A stretch of 64,000 nt of DNA from Psammoneis japonica (Eukaryota), in the NCBI GenBank assembly GCA_008632985.1, contig QPGO01000085.1, positions 124,001-188,000 of the forward strand, written 5' to 3'. Shown piece by piece: positions 1-11,515 of this stretch. Numbering within the stretch: the stretch's first letter is position 1; the number at the start of each line of letters is the position of its first letter. The position numbers and the translations under genes are program-made. The notes beneath the pieces were generated by a model, which saw nothing but the letters and a program-made list of their open reading frames with translations, searched no databases and was not told where the DNA came from.

Positions 1-613
1 TGACAAGGGGTTCATCAGGGTCAAACGTTTCTTGAAACCGTTTAAATTGTTCCTTTTCAATGCTAATTTCCCTAAATTCGTCTCCTTCTTCTCTACCCTT
101 TTCGTACATAAAGTTCCAAGCAGTCGCTTGTGGGTGGAGTACGTAGCATCCGATAAAAAGACGATCCACTGGTATCCCATACGACTGAACTCGTGCGACA
201 TAGTTTCGGACAAAGTCAAGCATGCCGTCGCGCTCAATTGCATCGCTCAAAAGCCAGTCAATCATATCCTGAATTGCGTCTTTCGAAGCAAGCATTCTGT
301 TCGACGGGACTGCACTGAAGTTCTTCTTTCACCACGATCAAACAAAATGGCAACTCTCTCTCTCTCTCTAAGGTACAATAGGTAGAGTGAAGTGTCAGGT
401 GTAAGGTCACTTCTTGTGTCAAAAACTGCATCAAAAAGCGGCCATCAACTTCCCCGCCCTCTGAGACCCGGAATCAGGATTTCGATGGAAGCGCGATTCC
501 GCGAGTTGCCGCGTGTCAAGTTTTGGCGCGCAGGAAAGATCGCGTTCGAGCTTGTGTTGACACGCAACGGTGACACCTGTTAGTAATTCTATCACACCTT
601 CAACACTTTCACA

Positions 614-1228
614 ATGGCTCGTTCGCTTGTATTCTTCAGCGTTTGCTTCTTTTATCTTGGTTCCGTGAATGCATTCATAGTTCCTTCGACAACCTTCGTT
701 GCGCCGTCACGGAGCCGTCCAGCGCAGCCGATTGGCCAGCAAAACATGCTGCCGCCATTTTTACTCGCCGACGAGCAGTTTGAGAAAGCGGTGGAAAGCT
801 TTGAAGCCGCTGGGGCGAGTGGTTCACCAATTCTCGATACGATCAAGTCCATCGGTCTTGCCATTACGGCCATTTTGTTTCTTGGGGTCGGATTGACGTA
901 CCTCACCGCAAGTGTCTTGATCCCCCAGGCGGCAGAGCAGCTTGAAAAAGAGACAAAGCGACTCCGTCCCGATCTATGGGATGAATACCAAAGGAAACTT
1001 GAGCCAGGGGAGAATATTTCAATGCGTCCTGACCTTTTGAAGGAGTTGGGAGACATTATGCAGCCAATTATCATAGCCGACATGGAAGCTCAAGCAGGAC
1101 AGATTGAGAAAGAAAATGACGACCTATTGATCAAACTTGACTACGATGAAAACGAATTGGGTAATGCGGGTGCAGTTGATGCGGAAATTGTCGACGAGAG
1201 TATCGGCGCACCCAAAAATGACAAATGA
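614..1228 (+). CDS. Probable plastid-targeted single-pass membrane protein of unknown function
   Basis: 204-aa ORF. Signal peptide ends in an ASAFAP-like cleavage site (VNA-FIV), followed by a Ser/Arg/Pro transit peptide, one hydrophobic helix and an acidic tail. Confidence 0.7.
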   Translation: MARSLVFFSVCFFYLGSVNAFIVPSTTFVAPSRSRPAQPIGQQNMLPPFLLADEQFEKAVESFEAAGASGSPILDTIKSIGLAITAILFLGVGLTYLTASVLIPQAAEQLEKETKRLRPDLWDEYQRKLEPGENISMRPDLLKELGDIMQPIIIADMEAQAGQIEKENDDLLIKLDYDENELGNAGAVDAEIVDESIGAPKNDK

Positions 1229-1470
1229 TGGCGATCTGTCGTCGAGTGTGCAAATAGCACCCGCTAAACAAAATGCCTTCAGAAACGAGGTGGAATACGA
1301 CCAATCATATATAACTACTTCTGGAGGTAACAGTGATGATTCACGAGACAAATAACGACACACGTGTAAGCGAAAGGAAACAAGCAATATTCGTCACGTA
1401 GAGCATCTTTTTTATATTCTTGTCTCCTTGAGTGGGAGGAGGTCGAATGCGAAATTTTCATAGTCCTCCA

Positions 1471-2137
1471 TTACGCCTGTTTGGTTGCTGATTTCGATTC
1501 ATAAGCGTTCCCTATTAGGTGGGACTTGTTGCTATGTCCAGACCATTTAGGTTTGTCGTCGTGCATATCGGCGTATCTCTGAGTCGGGTAAGAAAACACG
1601 AAATTGATTTGAATCGCACCTTTCTCTTGTAATTCAAAGCCGCCTGATTAAGTACAATAGGAAATATTTAGAACTTACCATACCATAAAATAGATGACAC
1701 TGATGACGAAAAGATTTAGGTACAACATCTCCTGGGAAATCAAATAATGGACCATAGGCTAGCCACATGCGACGTCCCTCATCGGCGATTGGCGTTCGAC
1801 AAGTAATGCAAGAAACCTTGACGGGAAGAACTCGATGCTCGCCTGATATCTTTGACTCCCACCCTTGATTGATTTCTCCATTGAAAAAGTACAGATTATC
1901 AGTGCCTGAAACAAAGCGGACCTTTTCTTTGTGGAAAATGCAAACCCATTCATAAGGAGCTCCGTGGAGTTTCTGATAACCACGACAGTGACACAGCTTT
2001 GCTGTTTCGGGGTCTGAGAGAACCTCATATTGAACGGCCTTGCAATAGCATGACGCCGAGTGCATTCTTGGGCCAGCTTGATGGCAGTAAGGGGGTTCTG
2101 TGGGATGATCAGCCCACGATGGCTGTTGTGAAGCCAT
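1471..2137 (-). CDS. GFA / CENP-V / Mss4-like zinc-binding protein (2 exons)
   Basis: CxC...CHCxxx...CxxC pattern (SCYCKAV, LCHCRGYQK, SCITCRTP, HLFY). Intron 1678-1579 (GTAAGT...CAG) joins YGM to RYADMHDDKPKW, with TAA at 1473-1471. Confidence 0.85.
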
Positions 2138-2642
2138 GTTTTCGCCTTTTTTCGGAGCTGGTTTCTTCAGAATTATGGATTCTTATTGCCAAGCGTAAAT
2201 CGAATGCAGCGTCCATTCCACTTGCCTTGAGCTCATGGAAGAGAATAATCTAGCAATTGAAGGAGGAGGAAAAGAGAGTTGCATTTGCTCTGAAGCAGTC
2301 AAAAATGTCAATAAAATGACTTTAACGGTAGTTCAACGTTATTTTTCGCTTCAGTATATTCGTACAGTACGTACATGTCATACTCTAACTTCAACAACAT
2401 GCGTTGGACATAATTTTTCAAGAATATGTTGTGCAGTTTTATCGTATTCACTCTTGTATATCCCAAAATGTCTCGTCGATGACGGAATTTTCATCCGTTG
2501 AACGCCCGCACTCCCCCAGTCGCCACATTTTCAGTCGGTGCACGATGTTAACACGAATGCTACCAGGCCTTTGAAACCCCCAAAAGAACCGGCAACTTGT
2601 TGTCACCTATGGTAACGATAGACGCTGAACAAAGACGCAAGA

Positions 2643-5600
2643 ATGAGATCAATGTATTTATTGGTTTTACTGCTGATGCTTTCTGTAGCGAACGGTCGAC
2701 GAAGAAACCTGAGAAAGCAACAAAAACGCAACTGGTTTCGGAATGACTTTAGAAGCACGCAACAAAGAAACAGAAATGAACCGTACGCTAAATGGACAGT
2801 CCCGTTATATTCACATGCTCAGAATTACCATTTTAAATTCGGAAAAAGAAAAGGGCCGACACATCCGAAAGGAAAGAAGGGAAATGGCAAAAAGGGGGGA
2901 TTTGGGAAAAGAATAAGAGCGAGAGGGAAAATAAAGGGCGAAGGAAAAGGCGGGAAGTGGAAAGGCACAAAGACTCACTGGCGACATGTCAAAGGCACGT
3001 TTGCTCCCGTGAAACCTACTCCGACAGTAAATCCAACCGCTGCCTCAGTGCCAATTACTCCTTCTCCGTCCACAAATGTGAACCCGCTCCCTCCCGGCTC
3101 CCCGACGAATGTTCCAACAACAGCGGGTACAACAAGTCCATCATTGCTATCACCCTCTTTTTATCCAAGTGTCACACCCTCTAAAACAATGCCAGGCCCG
3201 AATCCGTTTCCTTCTGCACAACCATCACCATCCGAGACAACTTTACCATCGTATTCACCAACGGCAATACCTGGCTTGCCGCCTATCACACCTCCTGTAA
3301 TCAGTGCGCAACCTTCTATGGAACCGTCAGCGTCGGTGTCAGCAACTCCAACTGATCAGGGTGACAGCAGTGACTCCCCTACAGCACCTCCGTCACATTT
3401 GGAGTCGGAACGACCTTCGGCTTCTTCACGATCGCCGTCATACACACCAACCTCGATACCCAACTTGCAATCTGAGTCGCCTTCCTCTCCACCATCAGAG
3501 ACGACAATAGTGACAATGTCGCCAAGTATGTCATTCAATCCTTCTGGTAGGATTTCCAGATCTCCAACTCAATCTCCGAGTTCATCCCCGAGCCAGAGAT
3601 TAGGTCCGACTATCCCCCCTTCTCACGATACGCCGTCTCAAAGTCCCAGTGCAAGTCCTAGTATGCGGATTGAGCCGAGTGGCGCACCTTCAATAGTTCC
3701 AACTTTTCTACATTCACAGATTCCCAGCTCGAGCCCGAGTGACGCTCCTTCTGAAAATCCAAGAGAAGGGGATGAGCCCAGCTCATCACCATCGGAAATA
3801 CCGAGTGTCCGTCCAACAGTAACGACACGTAGTCCATCTGAAGTCGCATCAAGAACACCGTCTCAACCTCCCAGTGCAAGCCCTAGTCAAAAGAATGAGC
3901 CAAGTGATACACCTTCTATTTTTTCATCTTTCTCGCCATCAGAGGTTCCAAGCACTAACCCCAGCGAAAGAACGGTCGGCCCGATTGGCGAACCAAGCTC
4001 ATCACCTTCTGAGAGGCCGAGTGATAGACCAACAGAAATGGAATCCAGTCCACCTGTAGCCATACCGGATACACCGTCCCAGACTCCCAGCTCAAGCCCT
4101 AGTCAGAAGACGGAGCCGAGTGATGCACCTTCAGTAACCCCAACTTTGTCGCCGTCCGAGGTTCCTAGCGACAGCCCCAGCCAGAGAACGGTTGATAGTA
4201 GTGCTCCTTCTCAAAGCCCAAGTGAAGGAGAAGGCCCAAGCCCATTACCTTCGGAAGCACCGAGTGGTAGCCCAACAGAAATGGCACAATCGCCGTCCCA
4301 GTCTCCCAGCACAACTCCTAGTCAGAAGACGGAGCCTAGTGATGCACCTTCTTATATTCCTTCTTTCTCACCAGAGGCTCCTAGTACTAGCCCCAGCCAG
4401 GGAACGGTCGATCCAAGTGGCGAACCAAGCTCATCACCTTCGGAGATGCCGAGTGGTAGGCCAACAGCAATGGAATCCAGCCCACCTATCGTCGTACCGG
4501 ATACACCGTCCGGGTCCCCCAGCACGAGTCCAAGTCAGAGGACGGAATCGAGTGATTCACCTTCAACAAGCCCAACTTTCTCACTGTCCTCTATTCCTAG
4601 TGACAGTCCCAGCCAGAGAACTGTCGATCCGAGTGGTACTCCTTCTCAAAGCCCAAGTGAAGGCGAAGGGCCAAGCTCCTTGCCTTCGGAAAAACCGAGT
4701 GACAGGCCAACAGAAATGACACAATCGCCTTCTCAGTCTCCCTTCACGAGACCTAGTCAAAAGACTGAGCCGAGTGGCACACCTTCCGATTTTCCAACTT
4801 TGTTCCCGTCAGAAGTTCCTAGCACCAGTCCCAGCCAAAGCGCTGTCGACCCAAGTGACGCTCCTTCGCAAAGTCCAAGCGTTGGGGAGGTGCCAAGCTC
4901 ATCTCCAACAGAAATGACACCCAGCCCATCCGAAATTCAGTCTGAGAGGCCGTCACTCTCTCCAAGCGGTAGTCCGAGTCAGAGAGTCGAACCTTCTTCC
5001 CCACCTTCAAAAAACCCTAGCATTGGCCCGTCGGACGTTCCGAGTACCGGACCTAGCCAGATCATAGAACCAAGTACGCCACCTTCAGGGATACCAAGCA
5101 CATCACCTTCGCAAACCCCTAGCCAGCGGAGTGGTCAACCTTCATCAATTCCTTCAATGATGCCATCAGACCCACCGGACGTGTTCACGGCGCCTCCATC
5201 ACAATCGCCGACCTTTCTGATTATCATCCCACCTGGGCTTCCGGGTGGCACTTCAAGCCCAACCGAATTTGGTCCACCACCTATGCTGCCCGAACCCTTC
5301 TGGTATCAGTGCTCTAATGACACTGTTTGCAATCCTAATGGAATTGGAAGTAGCAGTGACTGCATGAATGACGATAGTCGATGTCCTGATGACCAGACTT
5401 GCGACTTCTTCTGCAGTGGAACGCAATACTTTTGTCATGACTCTATTCAGGATATGTGTGAGCCATTTAATTGTAATGTGGTGCCATGCCCAGGAGACAG
5501 GAACTGCACGACAAACCTATCATTTGAGTGCGGTCGAAGGGTATGCAAAGACACGACAATTGATGATGATGCGCTTGCTTGTTTACTGAATAATACGATC

Positions 5601-5684
5601 GTGGAATGTATCGATGATACCGATTGTCCTGGGGACAAGGTTGAGTGCGTGTCTCTTTTCAATGACTGCGGTCTCTCAGTTTGA
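2643..5684 (+). CDS. Secreted Pro/Ser/Thr-rich mucin-like cell-surface or adhesive protein with Lys/Gly-rich N-terminal segment and Cys-rich C-terminal domain
   Basis: 1013-aa ORF: signal peptide, RRNL site, KG-rich block, several hundred residues of PSxxPS repeats, then a Cys-rich tail. Confidence 0.8.
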   Translation: MRSMYLLVLLLMLSVANGRRRNLRKQQKRNWFRNDFRSTQQRNRNEPYAKWTVPLYSHAQNYHFKFGKRKGPTHPKGKKGNGKKGGFGKRIRARGKIKGEGKGGKWKGTKTHWRHVKGTFAPVKPTPTVNPTAASVPITPSPSTNVNPLPPGSPTNVPTTAGTTSPSLLSPSFYPSVTPSKTMPGPNPFPSAQPSPSETTLPSYSPTAIPGLPPITPPVISAQPSMEPSASVSATPTDQGDSSDSPTAPPSHLESERPSASSRSPSYTPTSIPNLQSESPSSPPSETTIVTMSPSMSFNPSGRISRSPTQSPSSSPSQRLGPTIPPSHDTPSQSPSASPSMRIEPSGAPSIVPTFLHSQIPSSSPSDAPSENPREGDEPSSSPSEIPSVRPTVTTRSPSEVASRTPSQPPSASPSQKNEPSDTPSIFSSFSPSEVPSTNPSERTVGPIGEPSSSPSERPSDRPTEMESSPPVAIPDTPSQTPSSSPSQKTEPSDAPSVTPTLSPSEVPSDSPSQRTVDSSAPSQSPSEGEGPSPLPSEAPSGSPTEMAQSPSQSPSTTPSQKTEPSDAPSYIPSFSPEAPSTSPSQGTVDPSGEPSSSPSEMPSGRPTAMESSPPIVVPDTPSGSPSTSPSQRTESSDSPSTSPTFSLSSIPSDSPSQRTVDPSGTPSQSPSEGEGPSSLPSEKPSDRPTEMTQSPSQSPFTRPSQKTEPSGTPSDFPTLFPSEVPSTSPSQSAVDPSDAPSQSPSVGEVPSSSPTEMTPSPSEIQSERPSLSPSGSPSQRVEPSSPPSKNPSIGPSDVPSTGPSQIIEPSTPPSGIPSTSPSQTPSQRSGQPSSIPSMMPSDPPDVFTAPPSQSPTFLIIIPPGLPGGTSSPTEFGPPPMLPEPFWYQCSNDTVCNPNGIGSSSDCMNDDSRCPDDQTCDFFCSGTQYFCHDSIQDMCEPFNCNVVPCPGDRNCTTNLSFECGRRVCKDTTIDDDALACLLNNTIVECIDDTDCPGDKVECVSLFNDCGLSV

Positions 5685-5850
5685 GCATGTGGCACTCCAA
5701 TACTGCAGAATGAAGTGTGGTTTACAAAAGTCAGCTACAACTTGCTATCGAAACATCCCAACCAAATAGAATACACGCTACAAAATAAATTCGCTTTAAG
5801 CATGAAACGAATCTCTATTCACTGTATTTTGCTTAGAAAGCCGAATCGAA

Positions 5851-7581
5851 TCAACTTGGAGCATAAGTCGATTCCGTTTCAGGACTCGGAGGGGTTTCCA
5901 TCTCGCGTTGGTAAACGTAGATCCCTCTAATCTTCCAGTAAGCTTCTTCCAGTGCCTTTGGATTCGATTTTATCCATGCGTTACAAGACAAGATTGGGTC
6001 TTGCTTGACTTTGAATTCCTTGGCTTCCTCCGGGCAGTCCCTAAAGTATCGATTGCCTGAAACGGTTCCACAAAAGGCAAGGTTGACGACAAGTCGCATG
6101 TCCTGAAAATGATCCGCAGAACAACCCGTCCCCTCTCCAATGGCAAAATAACCATACGGCAATCCCCATTCGTTTGTGTCAGGCATGACACGATCGCTAG
6201 GGTTCCGCTCACTCGCAGATTGTATTGCGTTCATTAGATTTTCGGGCACTGTGTTGTGGGGAGCAAACACCCACGTTCTAATGTAGCGGTTTGACGGGTC
6301 CCATTCGAGAGCATACACGCCTCCACCTTTGGTATTGAATGGGATGCCTAGTGTTCCTTCGTCGGAGCTAACTGCAACACACCCCTGATTTCCCCACTGG
6401 TGAGGTGCACTGGCCCAACAGTCGTCGGCTTCTTTTGACGTATTGAAATCCGGTAATCCAGTCCACGTATCTGGGATTCCAGCTGTTCGAAAGAGAGACA
6501 ACCATTGAGTAAATCGAACCATACAGTAAAAGCGGAGATTCAGAACACCAAAAATCTACTCACTTGCCCAATCCCACGTTCCGGTCTTGCTGTATCCTGG
6601 GACATGAGCATACATGGAGCATTGTGCGGAAGTATGCAGCTGCAAGTTCAATAAAAATATAGTGTTAGAGCAAATTCATCCACACGCTGCATGCTCCTAC
6701 TGACGCCTGGTCCTTCACTTACAGCAGTTTTAGCTACCGATTGGTAATTTACTCCCTCGACAACGTCTATTTCGCCCTTGTCAGGCCAACTTTCTTCGTT
6801 GGTCAGCCAAAACGCCGGCCAGATACCACCTAGAGATAATAAGGGGAATAATTGGTAAGTCTCGGTTCCTTCCCAAGGGGGGTGGTGCGGCTTTGCATAC
6901 AACTCACATCCCGCTGGCATGTGCCTCAAATCAATAATAAAGAGACCACGATTGTAGAGTCTCTTTCCTTCAAGACGAATAGATTGGCGGGGCCCTTCCT
7001 TTGTGGGCGCCGAAGACATGTAAATAAAGCTCTCTGTCTGTTCCTTTGTACTGCGAGACGAGTTGCTTGACTGGAACACATCGTGGTCGACCGATTCCTC
7101 TGTTACGTTCAGAATTCCAAGTTCTGTCGCACGGTTCTTGCTAACATAATCGTTGTAACCAGCACTTCCAAGAGAATCTAGAGAGAACAGAGAATAGCAC
7201 GTCAGAGTATTCCAGTTCTGATTCTGCAGCTGTGACATTGTTCCACTACTTACCCGCTCCATCGTAAAAACTGTAATAATCAAAGAACGAATTTCCCTCT
7301 TGGCATTCAACGAGACTGTACGGTCCAATGGGCTCTCGATGAGAACCCTTCTTCACAGCAACTATCAGGGTTGTAAGTATCAGCACCCCGAGAATAATAA
7401 TCAAGAAAGTGCCCCTGCTAATTCGTTTTGAATAGTCAGAAAAACTCGACGAGACGGAAGAAAAGTACATGCTAGCCCGCGATTGACGAGTAGGGCTTGG
7501 AACCATGCCAACTCCAATCAAAGGAGAATCTTCTTTGTTAAAAGGTTCATCTGCTTGATTCTTATTGAGCTGCGGCGGCAT
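5851..7581 (-). CDS. Glycoside hydrolase family 16 (endo-1,3(4)-beta-glucanase, Lam16A-like), type II membrane protein, multi-exon
   Basis: WPAFW and GEIDVVEG (ExDxxE) catalytic motifs, GGGVYALEW, NLAFCG, AYWKI. N-terminal TM helix. Several GT-AG introns; exon limits are approximate. Confidence 0.85.
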
Positions 7582-7960
7582 TTTCGATCTTATCAACGCT
7601 GTTGGAGAATTCGTAACTACAGTTCTGTCGCCGAGCAACAACAGAAACAACGCGATGATGCCGAAATGAAAAAAGCGCGGGTTAAAAAAAATGGCGCCGC
7701 AACGTCGACGGCTGACCACCTACGTAGGAGCCACGTGGGATCTGGTACAAACGTCATTCGTCGTGCTGACGTTGATGGCGGTTGATAGTTTGGTTCGACT
7801 AATCGACGCTAGAGGAATAGAAGCGACGGACAAGCCGACGAGCAAAGTTTTTGTGGGTATTGGCATGCTACCGACAGTACAGTAGTAGAAGTAGATAGAA
7901 AATCGCCATTACAGCCCCAGCAGACTAGAGAGAGGGGATCTACATAATCATAGATTGTTA

Positions 7961-9751
7961 CTACGCTGTTTCCTCTGCAAAGAACAACTTTTTTCCCGCA
8001 GGAGCAGCTTCTGCTTGGGCTCTGGACTGAGCCTTGAGTCCGTTGGGGCCGTCAGCCCTGGCGATAATCTCGTCTGCAACCATGAGTCCAGAGCGAGTAG
8101 CACCCTCCATGGAATCCAAGTAGTCTTGGTAAGTGTACGAACCCGCAAGGAAGAAGTTTGGAATCGGAGTAGCCTGCTTGGGACGGAATTTGTCTTGTCC
8201 TGGCTTCTCACGATACAAACTCTGGCCGAGCTTTACCACGGACGACCAAGTACATTTCAACTTCTTTGATGAAGGGAAGAGGTCATTTAGCTGAGCAATG
8301 CAGTCCTCTACCAACTGCTCGTTTGATCGGCTAAAGGCGCGCTCGTCAAACACGGCTTGAATGAGACTACCTTCTCCCTCCTTGTAATATTCGCCCGGGC
8401 TCGTGACTGCAAGATCGGCAAAACACGAAAACTCGGCATCAACACTGTACAGGAGGTTGTCAATACCTCCTCCACGGCCATCACTTTGATCACCAGAAAC
8501 ATCCATCATGCGTGCTTCGTCCTGTAGTTCTGTTACCCAACCATCGAAACGCACTTGTACAGTAGCAATCGGGACGGTGTCAAGGTTGTAAATGTTGTCA
8601 AACATGTCGTACTTGCGGAAGCTCTCTGGTAGGACCTTTTTGATTCCAGGCACATCACAGGCAGCAATCACAGTGTCAAACTCGCGGAACTCATCTTTAG
8701 GACCAACCTTGATTCCACGAACTCGGGTTGGCAAACCGGTAGCTTCGTCAATATCATGAACAATTTCACGGCAGCCAGTGCTCAAGTTGATCTTCACATT
8801 GCGGTCTTCCAAGTACTTAATAATAGGATCGTGTAATCCTGTTTGAGGACTTCCATCGAGCATACGCAACACACTAGCCTCGGTACGAATGGCAAAGAGC
8901 ATGAAGATAGTCAACATGCAGCGAGCACTAATGCTGTCACAGTCCAAAAAGCCCAAGGCGTACGCAATCGCATCCCACATCCTGTCCAAACTACCCCGCT
9001 TTCCACCGAGCTGAGTGAACCATTCGGTAAAGGAAATATCGTCGAGCTCTCGAACCATATCCATACCTCCATCGAAGTCAACAAGAGCTCGTACAATAGG
9101 TGACGTTCCCAAACGAACCGCGTTGTGGAACTTGTCCTCAACGTCGAGCTGCTCTGTTCGAGCAAAGGCCTGGAGACCACTGACTGGAGCACCAATCGGG
9201 AACTTAAAGTCAAGAGCACCCGTCTTCCCACCCGAGTTAATAAAGGTATGAATGTGTTCCTTGATACGAAGGTTCTTGTCAAAGCCACCGGTACGTTTCA
9301 TGATTCCAAACAGATTGTAGTAGCACCCGAAGAAGACGTGAAGACCCATTTCAATGTGATTGTCATCCTTGTCCTTCCAAGAACTGACCTTTCCTCCAAC
9401 AAAAGGACGCAATTCAAACAATTCCACTTGATGTCCCGCATCTGCCAAGTCCATGGCGGCAACCATACCGGCCAATCCAGCTCCAATAATACCAATCTTT
9501 AGCGACTCTTCATTCTTCTTTCCGGGGCCGTTCTCAGCACGAGACATGAGATCCTCGTTCAAGAAGGCATCGTTTCCAACCTGTTTCTTGGCTCCCTCTG
9601 ACGTAAAACTTGGCTTGGTAACCTCCTCAACGGCGCTCATCTTGATGGGCGACGTCGAGTGACGACGAACCGAAGAAAAGGCCTGCGGAGCAAAAGCAGA
9701 GCTCCCGACGCATAGAAACGCTGCAACCGCAGCTGCACTTAGTCTGACCAT
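7961..9751 (-). CDS. ZDS: Zeta-carotene desaturase, plastid-targeted
   Basis: SSAFAP presequence, GAGLAGM FAD motif, [30 protein letters not shown]: motifs typical of ZDS/CrtQ. Confidence 0.93.
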   Translation of the reverse strand: MVRLSAAAVAAFLCVGSSAFAPQAFSSVRRHSTSPIKMSAVEEVTKPSFTSEGAKKQVGNDAFLNEDLMSRAENGPGKKNEESLKIGIIGAGLAGMVAAMDLADAGHQVELFELRPFVGGKVSSWKDKDDNHIEMGLHVFFGCYYNLFGIMKRTGGFDKNLRIKEHIHTFINSGGKTGALDFKFPIGAPVSGLQAFARTEQLDVEDKFHNAVRLGTSPIVRALVDFDGGMDMVRELDDISFTEWFTQLGGKRGSLDRMWDAIAYALGFLDCDSISARCMLTIFMLFAIRTEASVLRMLDGSPQTGLHDPIIKYLEDRNVKINLSTGCREIVHDIDEATGLPTRVRGIKVGPKDEFREFDTVIAACDVPGIKKVLPESFRKYDMFDNIYNLDTVPIATVQVRFDGWVTELQDEARMMDVSGDQSDGRGGGIDNLLYSVDAEFSCFADLAVTSPGEYYKEGEGSLIQAVFDERAFSRSNEQLVEDCIAQLNDLFPSSKKLKCTWSSVVKLGQSLYREKPGQDKFRPKQATPIPNFFLAGSYTYQDYLDSMEGATRSGLMVADEIIARADGPNGLKAQSRAQAEAAPAGKKLFFAEETA

Positions 9752-10132
9752 GACTATTGAGCAAGGATAATGAATAAATAGTCCCTACGCTTTGTTGATT
9801 TGACCAGACTGTGGTGAGACGTTCTTAGCTGTTCACACTTGACGATGAGTCAAGGCCGGTTCAAAACAGCAACGCTCGAAGCGCACACGGGGAACATCAT
9901 GATCCCGTTGTTGTGATGGCCGGCGGGGTCATGAGTCATGGAGAAGCCGCCACCAACGCAGTAGAAATCACGTTGAGATGTACCATTGTAGTCGAATGAG
10001 TCATGGCCAAATTGAAGTTCGACAACGATACACATCCGGGTGATGTATCGCATGTTGCGAGCGTGCGTACGAAGTCTGCCAATCAACCCGTCGGCGGCAG
10101 TTATCGTTTTTCAAAAAACGCTCGAACCTCGT

Positions 10133-11498
10133 ATGAAAATGGCGGCGGCGGCGACGGCGACGGCGACGGCGGTCATAAACGGGTCGCGGGGCGAAGGTGG
10201 AGGGCAACTGCTCCGAAACGCCATTTCGTATGCAGCAATTCTAGGTAAAGCAGTGCAAGTTCAGCACATTCGCGCGAGTCGATCAAACCCAGGACTTGCA
10301 GCACAGCACGCTACGGCGTTGCGTTTGGCAAAGGACATTTGCGGCGGTGCTTTGCAAGGAGATGTGATGCGCTCACAGACGGTAGAATATACGCCGGATG
10401 TGGTGGATGAGATGATATTTAATGAAGATGAACGTACACTGGTTGGTGATACTGGAACTGCAGGATCGATATGTTTGGTGCGTGTCATCGCCTGAAAATC
10501 ACGTGCCTTTTTCCCTCAACAACATCGAAAAAATCAACTCAACAGATTTTGATTCCTTGACACAACACGCTTAGTTAGTTCAAGCTGCCTTACCATGTGC
10601 TTTATTACACTCAAAAAGTCCATGTTGCTTGATCCTTCGCGGTGGCACTAATGCAAGCATGGCACCGCAATTTGACTATTGGGAACACGTGTTTTTGCCG
10701 ACAGTGGCGAGGTTCGGCTTACCGGATAACCTCGTCAGTGCAACTGTTGAATGCCGTGGTTACTATCCTCGGGGTGGTGGAGAAGTAAGGGTTCGTACAA
10801 TACCGTTCAAAGAAAGACCAATGACACCCATGATTCTGACTGAGCGCGGCGATGTATGCGAGGTATACATTCGGTCCCACCACGCTGGGAAGCTACCTCG
10901 ACACGTTGCAGAGCAAATGGTCAAAGGAGCGAGACCGATTATAAACGAATGTCTCCCAAATGTCACGTGCAAAGTCGATATTGTATCTGAACCACACGCC
11001 GTGGGAAGTGGATCGGGCATTCTTCTGGTGGCAAAGACAACGACGGGTTGCCTCTTGGGAGGTTCCGCATTGGGCGCACCGGGGAAACGAGCTCGACATG
11101 TGGGAGCTGAGGCTGCCAATGAGTTGAAAAACACTTTGGCTGATGGAGGATGTGTTGACGAGTGGTTGCAGGATCAACTCATTCTCTTTATGGCTTTAGC
11201 CAATGGAACATCAGAAATGGTGACGGGCTCGTTGACGCTGCACACTCGAACGGCTATTTGGGTGGCCACCCAACTGTGCGGGGCGAAATTTACCGTGACC
11301 AATTTGTCATCGTCGTCGTCTTCTCCTATTGATCTTTCACAAGAATCGTTCGAGACAAAAGACAGCGCTGCATTGTATGGAAAGGAAGGTCGAGTAGAGG
11401 GAAGACACCTAATTCAGTGCCAAGGCATTTCCTACGTAAACACGGCGCTGGAGGGTAGAAAAAAAAGAAAGCATTGCGAAAGTGCTCAGGACGAGTAA
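10133..11498 (+). CDS. RTCA: RNA 3'-terminal phosphate cyclase (2 exons)
   Basis: GEGGGQLLR, IRASRSNPGLAAQH, GTAGSICL|LVQAALP, RGGTN, RGYYPRGGGEV, CVDEWLQDQL, TLHTRT. Intron at about 10479-10574. Confidence 0.9.
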
Positions 11499-11515
11499 GA
11501 CGGAACTCTTCCTGT

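Noticed and set aside
515..545. E2F-like TTTGGCGC motif upstream of the first gene
   Set aside because: Single short motif, expected by chance; no supporting context.
1970..1995. GFA motif reads CHCRGYQK instead of CHCxxCQK
   Set aside because: A single substitution could be natural variation or a sequencing error; not enough for a functional claim.
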